Below are positions 53,756 through 64,000 of a stretch of DNA of 64,000 nucleotides, piece by piece. The translations under genes and the position numbers were made by a program. The stretch lies in assembly GCA_050084515.1 (NCBI GenBank), contig CM114271.1, positions 32,550,001 through 32,614,000 of the forward strand, given 5' to 3'. The notes below the pieces were generated by a model. It was not told where the DNA came from. It made no database searches and saw nothing but the letters and a program-made list of their open reading frames with translations. The number at the start of each line of letters is the position of its first letter. Position 1 is the first letter of the stretch. Source of the DNA: Blasia pusilla (Eukaryota).

Positions 53756-54892
53756 TGCTCCCGCCCGCCCTAGACAGGCTTCAATTGATCAAACGCGCAC
53801 CAGTTCCAAGATTCTTCGTTTGTGCAGAACTCGAATCACTTCTCTCTCTGCGAAGCAGATAGAAAAAATGTTCACAATCCAACCTCACAGCATCATTGAA
53901 CGACACACAATCTCACGCAGGCGCTCACAGCCAAATTCCGTGCGACTCTCGAGCTCCCCCCTCCACACCTCACTGAACCCTACAATTCACTCTCCCTTCG
54001 CCGATCTAACCCTCCTTCAATCCGACAGTAATGTCGGCTATCAGAACTCCCAGCTTGGCGGCGTTTAGGGTCGAGGAGCAGTGTCTCCAAAGCCCTAGTC
54101 TGATGATCTCGTTCCGTCCCACTCCTCGAGAACAACTCACAAGCAACGACCTCCAACCCGGTAAAACCCTAGCTCGCTCTCTTTCCTCCCTCCCCGTACA
54201 CTCCATCGTATCGACATACGAGGCGCGCTCATGTCTCAGACCTCCAAACGGTGCAGGAAGGAACCTCCTCTCGAGATCTTCCGGCGCGAACTAGGCGAAT
54301 AGCCTCCACGCTTTCGCAGAGTCGGGCACAATTGATCGATTGTTTAGTTCCAGCGACCAAATATCCTTCCCACGTAACCGATTCCGCGAGCCACTTCCCG
54401 ATTCGCCTCCCAAAAAGACAACTGCGTCTCTGCTCCTGACTATATTCTTGCTTCCGAGGGCCGCGGCATCCTCCCGCTGAAGTGGCTGAGGTCCCTTAGT
54501 TTCTAGGGCAAAGAGGAGCGAAATCAGGACCGCAACGTCAACGGCGCGCATGCCGGGAACGTCTTAGTGGATTTCGCAGTCGACACGTTTCCCGGTGGGC
54601 AGCTCGCGTCTACTGTGATACCAACTGCGCAGTGGAGTGCCGTGTTCCGGCTGTGATGCGGAGACGGAACCCCGTAGATGTGATATGCGGCACACCAGCG
54701 TAGGAGACTAGTAGAAATGCGTATTTCTCGTGGAAACGAGAGTTGGAAATGGATGGGAGAATCCTTCAAAAGTGGAGTCAAGAATTCCGAAGATACAAGA
54801 GACTTGGGATCAAAAGAAAAAAGGAAGATGTACTATTCCTAGTCACATGTGGAATGAGGGAGGATAATGTGGTGGTCACAATGACATGGGGT

Positions 54893-55380
54893 TGTCACGA
54901 TTGTTAGGATAGATCGGTGGAATCTAGCAGAGTGTCTGCACAAGTAGTGGAGGATATGCCCAAGAGGTCGAGGATGAACTGTTGAGGCCTAAAGAAACCT
55001 GAGAGAGCATATTTTCCCTTCGTTTCGGCTCATTTGGAGCCATATTGAAGAACTTACTATTTTAGGTAAGTACCATTCTGTGTATATGATCGACTTTCTA
55101 TTTTTTGTAAGTGACCCTTGACCTCCTACATCAGGTCAAGAGCCAAGGAGGTGACTTGGGAGAATAGGTTACCATGGAGAGAGCTTGGGAGAGAGCTTGA
55201 GAGCTCATTCTCTCTTTGTTGAATTTCTTGGCATGAGGCGGCGGAGCTATGGTCCCTTGCCTTGTGAGTGTAACCCAAATCTCTCATTAGGAGAGTGGGT
55301 TTGGTTTGACATGAGAGAGAGTGCACACCGTTGAGAGCTATGGTGTGTGATGGTGTAGAGAGAGATTGGATCTTACTTTA
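54893..55380 (+). repeat. Repeat A1 of copy 4
   Basis: Collinear with copy 2 A2 up to GATTGGATCTTACTTTA; not followed by B. Confidence 0.92.
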
Positions 55381-57149
55381 CAAAGAGAGAATGAGAGAGT
55401 GAGAGAGCTACAAGGAGGAGCTCGCTAGTCACTTGCTATTTTTGCAGGTTGGGGACCGTGTTTCCCGTTCAGCGGCTCATGGGAGTGCTCACCGGAGCAA
55501 GGGCTCCTTTGATTGTTCTTTGCATTTGCCGATTTTTTGTGTGGAAGAGTGGCGCGCGAAAGCGCTGCCCAATTTCTGATAGGGATTGATTATGGGGGCG
55601 GGTTGTCCCATGCCGGTGCTCTCGAGAGCACCATGTAGCTTGCTGATTTGTAATTTTACAGGTTTTACATTTTGGTTGGGAGAAATCAGCACGGAAGCGC
55701 TGCCAAATTTTGTGTAGGAGAAAAAGATATTGGAATTTACGACAGTCCCCGTCAATTTTTATTGGAATGTCCAATTCCAAAAAAATTGAAGCCGATGTAG
55801 ATCTTGAAGCTTTGCACGTTGTGCAACAAACGGTGCACAATTTGGAGTTGCGAGTAAAAAGTTAAGGTCAATCTTGCAAAACTGCTATTGGTAGGCAATT
55901 TTTAGGGTTAAATTGTTCAAACCCTAAACTAGCCGTCATAGTCACCGTCATTGATCAATGGCCAACAGTCAACCGTCACCATCAACGGTCAATTGTCATC
56001 CTCAGCCATCAACTGTCACCGTTAACGGTCCGTTGTCATCATCAACGGTCCACGGTCCAACGGCCACCGTCGGCCGTTGCCGTTGCCTAGCGTTGCTCAG
56101 AGCCGCATTCGGCCCTTGTCCACCCTTTGGTTGCCATTGCCGCCATTACGGAGTGGAGGGTCTTCCACGACGTTCGTTGATTCTCTAACTTGCGTCGCCA
56201 CCACGTACTTTGTTTTGGCCGCCACCGTCATCAAAGTTTCGTAGTCAACTAGTGATGGCAGATGACCTCCGCTTATGGTGTTTGAGTTTTGATTTCATAC
56301 TGCTATGTTGTGATTGGTAGCCGCTCAAAGATGATCGAGTACCGTGCTGTGACGCCCGCAGCCGCAACGCGCCGCCGATTGCCACGTCGTGCCGCTCGTG
56401 GCCGCACCGCACTGTCTCAATCGCGGAGCCGCACCGTCATTGTGGAGTGTGGGTTTATTGTTGATTAAGGAGGGTATTCCGCCGAGTGCCGCATCCCACC
56501 ATCGAGGGTCGTGCAGTTCGTAGCCGTTCCGTGCCGCCTGCAACGCCGCACCATTCCGCTGGAACCGCAATGTCTATCGATGAGTTTTGAGCAACATCTG
56601 TACGGGAGGAGTATGACTTGCTGATTGGAGGAGTTGTCTCCATGACCGAGTTGGGATTGGATTTGCAATTGCTGAGGAGCGACATCAACATGTGTTCAGG
56701 TTATCCATTATGGTCCTTTACCTTGCACGCGTAAGGGATTCTGGGAATTTGGTAGTTTATTTGGGGATATTGGGTTGTGTGGATGCTGAGAGCATGATTT
56801 ATGTCTGTGGTTTTGAAGACATAGACCTCTGTGGGATGTCCGGAGTTGAGGGTAGGTTGTCGATGAGATGATAGCCTAGTCGATTTGCCGCACCACACTA
56901 CTTTTTGCCCCACGTTACACCTCTCGGGGAGGGAGAGTGTAGATCGAGTGCCGCATGTTTGGGATGAGTGATTGAGGGATAACTCGCAAGGTTGAGAGTG
57001 ATCATGTGAGAGGGGCACGAGGGCCATCACGACGTCCTTTCAGGATTTTTAGAGGAGAGGTAATGGACCTGATAGTAGCTCTTGAGGGTTTACCCGGAGT
57101 GGTGCGAGGTTTCGAGGCTCTCCACGTGAAGAACCACCTCGATCTCTTT

Positions 57150-60100
57150 TAGTGTTGTCTTCAGACAAGGGGGAGTGTGTAGAGGAGTTTGTGAGCACAT
57201 CGCCACACATTGTGAGTGGTCATACCAGTTGGCCATACGAGATGGACGAACGGGGTAGAGGACCGCCTAGGTTTCAGGTGCAGTAGGCACGATTGAGTTG
57301 CACAATTTCATCGTAGAGTTTAGGAGTTGGTGCGACTCCCAGCCAGCCAGGAACTCTGGAGAATTCAACCCGTTTATAGCATGGAACGGTATGTTCCAGA
57401 ATTTAGAGGGGGCGCCCATGGACGATTACCATAAGTTCTCTCAGAGATATGCACGTGAGACCAAGGCGTGGAGGCTCTACTATGACCCACATTATGTATC
57501 ATGAACGGAGCCATTCCCAGATAAGGAGGAGGAGTCAAGAGAGGCTACTTCCTCTTCCACTAGTGACGTTCTAGGAGGGATCACTCGCACGGGAGCCGCT
57601 GCACCGTCTAGTCGGGTTCGTCCCAGGTTCAACCCTGTGGTTGAGTTCTTTGCTCAGTTGAGGGCGAGCTACCAGGGGGTACGGACGGAGAAGTTGCGGA
57701 GCATCCACGACTTCTAGAGGCGCCCGGGTGAGAATTTGCGTGAGGCTTACACTCGCTTGCGCCGGTTGATCAACGTTACTCAGGGGTGACAAAGCCTTAG
57801 GCTATCCAGTCATGGTATGCAATGTTGGACCGGACCCTACAGACACGGGTGCAGGAGGGGGTGCTTCTTATGAACACCTCCCCTACGTTGAGAGATGTTC
57901 TTAGGACCACCGAGAACATTGAGCGCAACATGGCCGAGGAGAGTGTATCCACCATGGGTTCAGGGCGAGAGCACTCACAATTGCCTGCACTACCTGTGCA
58001 ACAACATGGACTCTGAGATAGGTCGACTGTGGCACCACGAGCTCAGGGAGGATACCGAGAGGCCGTGCCATATAGACCTGCACCTTCATATGCCACTTAG
58101 CAACAACCGCCTACTATTACTTGTTGGTCATGTGGTGGAGCCCATCATCAGCGTGATTGCACTCGTCAAGGTCATGGACATGTGCCTCAGCATGGAGGAG
58201 GAGATGGTGTTGCACCATGAGGTTATCAATGTGACTATTGTCAGAGGTATGGTCATACACGCGCCATGTCTTTGATTTTAAATCCTGAGTTACGTCCGCA
58301 CCGAGGGCCAGAGAGGGCACCAGAGCGAGTAGTTGGTCCGGGTGGGCCTAGAGATCGTGCACTAGGTGGTCCTGTTGGGGGACGAGGAGCTAGAGTTGTC
58401 CGACACGGTGGTGGAGCTGCCCATGGAGGAGGTAGAGTCGTACCACCTAGATGCGCCAAGGGAGACGTCGGACGTGAGGCTAGGATGGTTGCTCAGATAC
58501 ATCAGCTACAAGAGCATATTGCCGCTATGGCATTGAGATTACCCAATGTCGGATCTGTGACATCGACATCATATGGAGCAGCCATAGATATGGAGGATCC
58601 TGGTTGGATGTGCCAGGTTGCCCAGATGGAGGCCGCCGCAGTTGTGACGGATGGAGCAGCCGCACAGTTGGATCCACAGCGAGGGGAAGCCAGGAAACAG
58701 ACTAGGCTTCCTTAGTCTTTCACGTTTTCCGAGGCAATGAAGACCCCATCGATGGGTCCTTATCAGAGTTCTTGGAGGGTTGGTGATGTTGTTGGTGTGC
58801 ACGCACGAAGGGCGAAGCGAGTGCGACGACTCCTATTGTTGATGCTCAGGAGGGGCATTTGTCGAGCACGTTGTTGGGGGCGGCCACAATTGTGTACCGC
58901 GCTCCTTTCTTTTCTGCTTCCGATGTTATGACGTTGGAGGGTACGCCCTCCGAGGCTTTTGGGCTGGCCGCTACGCTATGTGAGCGAGGAGTTGGAGTTC
59001 CTGCATCACGTTCAGAGGTGATTGCAGAGGAGGTGATGGACCTGCCCTTGGAGAGGATGCTCGCGTTGTCCACGTAAGATTCATGGCAGGCTGCGGCTGC
59101 TAGGATGGCGAAGATGCCCGCTAGACCCGCGATAGAGCGTGCCATGGCTTTTCCTCGTGTTGTATTGCAGGATAACCGAGGAGCAGTCTTCCAGTTGGTG
59201 AGTCCCAGAGGTAGAGCTTTCAATCCGCAGCGCGTCTTGTTGGATTCAAGAGCGCAACCCCTTATGTTGGGGAAAGTGTCATTCAGAGGATTGGGCTTGA
59301 CGAGAGCCGATGTGGAGCGTTGTCCATCCCGGATACAGACATCCTTGGATGGAGCGAGTACCATACAGTACATCACCCGAAAGGAGGTCGTAATGAGGAT
59401 TCGCACGGGACATCCTACAGATGAGTCCGTGGTGCGAGCTAAGGCGATAGTGACTAATGCAAAGTCCTACGACGTCTTGGTTGGTGGAGCAGTGTTATAC
59501 CCGATGGGGTTTTCCCTCGATTACTAGGAGGAGTCAACGTCCTACAGATGAGGATGGCAGTCAGGTGATGGGCGTCTTAGTTCATTACCCGTTTGATTCA
59601 TAGGTGCAGTGATCGAGCAACGGCCAGGAAAGATGGCGACCTTAACATCATTTAGCAGTGCCATCATTTGGCCTAGTGATTTGATTGAGGGACATGTCCA
59701 TGCGAAGGATACTCCCGTTCTTGACATTTCTATAGAGAGGAGTATTATGGTAGCCGTATCATTCCGTGGAGGAGAGGTGCCCTTGTGGGGCTTGATTGAG
59801 GAGCTTCGACGATTGGCACATGAGCACATGCAGACCGCGTGGAGTGAGGCGTTTTGCATCGGAGAGTGACAGGTCTGAGGAACCCGAGGTAGCACGGAGT
59901 GCTACGATGACACCCTTGGATACCACACCCATTGTGTGGTGTATCACGGAGAAGGGTATTCGAGTGTTAGATCTCTTTGGAGGGATTAGCACCGGGTTAG
60001 CTGCTGTTTTGCAGGCAAGAGTGCACGCGCAGCAGTACCTGTATATGGAGAGTGATGATGTTGTGAGGCGCGTCTCACTACGACTTGTGGCGCACTTACG

Positions 60101-63100
60101 CCTACGTTTTCCCGACTTATTGTCGGCGTGCGCGATACATGGGTACCAGAGTTCCCTATCGAGGGATATTTCGTTGCTGGGGGCGCAAGACTTAGACCGG
60201 TTAGGCACCATTGATTTGGTCATTGCCGGTTGGCAATGTCAGGGCCAATCGAGTGTTGGACGAGGCAGCGGGTTGGTTGACATTCGGTCCAAGTTATTTT
60301 GGGAGATGTTGAGGGTCTTACGGCAGTTGCAGGAGCATCAGTCTTGTTCTCCAGCCTACATTCTAGAGAATGTGCCGATCTTAGGAGACTCCATGTCACG
60401 CGTGGTGACAAGTGCTCATCAAGTGCGTGCCGGGATCGGCCCAGCAGTGTTCTTGGATGCGGCGAGTGTAGGTTCTAGAGCCCATCGCCCGCGTCTATGG
60501 TGGACCAACTTGATGCCCCATGCGGTGTTACGGAGGGCATATACGAGAGTGGAGCGCCCCTCCCATTTGTTAGTGGATTCCATTCTAGATCCACGTCGTC
60601 GATCACAGGCAATGAGGCATGATGATTGACCACCGTTGACTGTGGTCAATACGGTAGGCAGGTCGCGGGCAGCCTTTCCCACGTTTGTGAGTTTTTCCGC
60701 TTCCTATGCATATAAGGAGGCTGGTCTTGGCTTGGTTTGGGATGAACAGGTTCAGAGGTTGGTGGAGCCCAACGCCGACGAGAGAGAGCGGGCGATGGGA
60801 TTTCCCACAGGAGTGACGGCAGTACCGTCTGTATCAAAGGCATCACGACGCCATGTCTTGGGTCGCGATGGACCTGAACTGCTTGACATGGATCTTCAGC
60901 TTGCGAGTGGCTGAGTAGCGTCGGATAAGATCGCGACAGATCACAGCGGTTGCGTTGGTGAGCCCCATGCCTACCGAGACGGTGGAGGCAGTGGCTTGGG
61001 GGCGAGACCCGAGGAGATCAACACACCAAGGGAGATCTAGAGAGACACCCTTGGACTTCTTTGGATGTTTTGTAGGTACACCACGAGATGATAGCCACAG
61101 CATAGAGTGTAGTTCCGGGCATTGCATGTGCAGGAGATCAGAGTTTGCAGTTGGCTCCAAGAGGGCGGTCGAGTCTTGTTGTTCGAGACGGGGTTGCACC
61201 ATAGCAACCACCGATATCCGCGCTAGAGAGTCCTACCTTAGTCACGATGGAGACTTGGGAGCCTGATATGGGCCCTAAGTTGACAGGAGGAGAGCGGCGC
61301 CGAATACATCAGTTCCTCAGGAGTTATGGGAGTTGCTTTGCATTTAGCATGGAGGATTTGGATACGCTGAAGGGACCGGGGATCCGCATTGAGTTGTCTA
61401 GTGATACGCCAATCTTCTGACGACCCTACAGGTACAGTGATATGGAGAGGGCTCTGATTCAGAGTAGGAGCCAAGACTTGGTTGGAGCAGGACTAGTGGA
61501 GATGTCGCATGGGGAGTTTGCATCTTCCATTGTCATGCCCTCCAAGAAGGATGTGCATGGCAACTGGACGGATAGGAGGATGTGTGGGGATTACCGATCT
61601 ATCAATCGGCAGAAGAAGTCCGATAAGTATGCCATGTCCACCCTTGAGGAGATCTTTGATGCGATTGGTCATGGAAAGGTTTTCACTTCATTGGATTTGC
61701 GAGCCGGATATCATTAGCTACCTATCAGATTGGAGGACATGCAGAAGATGGCATTTTGGGGCATCGATCCTCACATGAAGGATTATTTGTACCAGTGGCG
61801 GTTTTTACCATTTGGGTTAAAGAACGCCCCGGCTGAGTTTTTAGGGTTTAGGTACGTCAAGGGATTCAGTTTGATTGCGAAGCTGCTGACCTTGCTGACC
61901 AAGGTGGATCACGAGTGGCACTCGAGGAATGAGCAAGAGCAAGAATTTCAGTTCCTCAAGGACACGTTGACGTTCGCGCCCATCTTGAGGAGACCGATCA
62001 GGGGGCGTCCTTTCGTGGTGCACACAAATTGGAGCATGTTGGGGCTTGGAGCGGTGCTCACCCAGCATAATGATGAGGGAAGAGAGTTCATGGTGGCTTA
62101 CGCTAGCTGCTCGAACAACGCTGCAGAGGCGAAGTATAGCTCGTATGAAGGTGAGTGCTTGGCTGCAGTGTGGGCTGTCGCGCATTTCAGGTGTTACTTA
62201 TTTGGCAACCCTTTTACCATCATGATTGATCATCAACCACTTAAGTGATTGATGGAGTCCGACAAGCTTACAAGGAAGCTTACGAGATGGGCTCTGTTGT
62301 TGCAGGAGTATGATTTTCAGGTGGTACATAGATCTGGGACGCTCAACCAGGATGCATATAGGTTGAATCATAACCCAAGTCCGAGTCAGCGAGATGCGAT
62401 TGGAGCTCGATAGCATGGAGAGAGTGATGAGGAGTTAGTGCCTGGATAGCACCAGTCAACCTATTTAGGCATGTTGGTTATGGAGAGCCAGAGTGTGGAG
62501 ACTTCGATGGCGAGGTCTAGTGGAGAGTCCTTGGATCATGAGGCCACTGAGGAGATGACAGATGACGGAGATATTCATGATGATGGAATAGTCTTGAAGT
62601 ACCTTTGTACTGGCAACGTTGCGAGCACCGTGGGTGCTAGAGAGTAGGATCGGATCCTACAACGGGCCAAACGGTTCCGTTTGGAGGGGACACATGTTTT
62701 GAGGTTTGGGAGGATGGTAGAGTATGCGTAGTGCCGCGTCCTTTGTAGAGAGCATAACTAGTGCAGCATGCCCACGAGGAGTTGGGTCACTTTGGGGTGA
62801 AGCGGACATACAGCTTGCTCCAGATTTAGTATTGGTGGCGAGGCATGGAGACTGACGTTCAGTAGTTTGTTGCCAGGTGCATGGTGTGTGATCGGGTCCG
62901 AGCATTGTTCAATGCTCCAACTCCACGGTTGCATCCATTACCTTTCATGGGCTTAGGGTATAGATGGAGTTTGGATTTTGTAGGACCTTTGCCTTTGACG
63001 AAGCATCACAATCCTTATCTGTTGGTGATGGTCGAGCACTTCTCGAAGTGGAATGAGTTGGTTGAATTGCCTGACAAAGTGAGTGAGGGAGTAGCTTATG

Positions 63101-64000
63101 CCTTCCTTGACAGAGTGTTGAGTCATTATGACGCACCGACTGAAGTGTTGACAAACTAGGGTACCGACTCTCGCGGTGAGCTCCAGGCCTTGTGTGATCA
63201 GACGTTGATCGACCACCGCACAAAACTTCGCGAGATCATCCCGAGGCGGATGGATTAGCGGAGAGAGTTGTGCAGACATTGAAGAGGGGTTTACGCAAGT
63301 ACGGCTTGCAGAGAGGTCACCTAAGAGATTGGCACCTCTAGTTGCCATGGTTGGCAATGGGATATAGATTCAGCATGCAGGCATCCTTAGCATCTTTTTC
63401 ACCGTACTTCCTACTTTATGGCCGAGAGCGAGATTCATCTGCAGCCATTCGTCGAGATGCTGGTGAGGTGCTGGACCTTGATGACCTAGATGTATGGATG
63501 CGAGCATGTTCTCAGAGGGTTGAGTTGTTTCGGAGAGTGATGCCCATGACGTTCGAGAACTTGGCGATTGCGCAACATCGGGATAAGTTGAGGTATGCGA
63601 CTATTCGAGGTGGTGGTTATCAACCAACTATCCGGAGGTTTCATCAAGGAGATTATGTCTACTTGCAGTAGATGGTACCGACGACGTTGGATGTGACTGC
63701 AAGGCGTACTACCCTGAGAGTGCATGACATTTTGCCATCCCGTGTTCTCTTGTTGGAGGGACGCGATGGTATGGTATGGAAGGACCATGTGCGTAATTGT
63801 GCGCCATGTCACCTTCCTAACATTGATGGTACCATAGATCCGAGCTCAGGAGTAGTTCCCGCAGGCTTGCGTTGTATGTTGTGTGGTTCTGCTCATGGTG
63901 CGGCCACGATGCTAGTATGTGATGGATGTTCGAGAGGTTGGCATATGGCATGTGTGACGCCACCTCTCACTAAGGTTCCTCGGGGACGATGGATGTGTCC
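57150..64000 (+). pseudogene. Degenerate gag-pol of copy 4
   Basis: ORF fragments carrying gag, VLLDSRAQP, methyltransferase, RMCGDYR, RNaseH, integrase and PHD motifs. Confidence 0.9.
59920..60915 (+). pseudogene. DNMT3-like C5 cytosine methyltransferase domain, copy 4 (best preserved)
   Basis: ORF 59796-60629 has IRVLDLFGGISTG (I), YLYMESDD (II), DISLL (III), IDLVIAGWQCQG (IV), YILENV (VI) and DAASVGSRAHRPRLWWTN (VIII); ORF 60636-60914 has ERERAMGFPTGVT (IX) and RRHVLG (X). Confidence 0.92.

Larger units (their letters stand above)
54893..64000 (+). mobile_element. Gypsy-like DNMT/PHD-family retrotransposon, copy 4 (3' end outside window; close relative of copy 2)
   Basis: Starts TGTCACG; A1 54893-55380; long 5' internal region; gag, protease, methyltransferase ORF, RT with in-frame deletion, RNaseH, integrase and a PHD cut by the window end. 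Confidence 0.94.

Noticed and set aside
59796-60629. Stand-alone host DNA methyltransferase gene or bacterial restriction-modification contamination
   Set aside because: Intronless, embedded between retroelement protease and RT in three copies, with no partner nuclease.

Overview
Eukaryotic, plant-type genomic DNA; a bryophyte-like host is my inference. The central gene island holds an intact 5-exon TAF13 (+) and an 8-exon PDAP1/PP28-like gene (-), flanked by dense, decayed retrotransposons. The main result is four copies (1-4381 +, 12002-21029 +, 22227-31956 -, 54893->64000 +) of an unusual Ty3/Gypsy-like family. Its order is Gag(2xCCHC)-protease-C5 DNA methyltransferase (DNMT3-like, conserved motifs I-IV, VI, VIII-X)-RT-RNaseH-DDE integrase-PHD finger. 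Both complete copies lack paired LTRs and instead have split direct repeats (A1-internal-B1-A2-B2), TG..CA-type ends, a 4-bp target site duplication (TSD) and no visible tRNA primer-binding site. Also present: an old Copia element, two solo-LTR-like insertions, a CRE-like RLE non-LTR fragment, a possible L1 remnant, long microsatellites and an unexplained decayed coding-like region. All alignments were done by eye.
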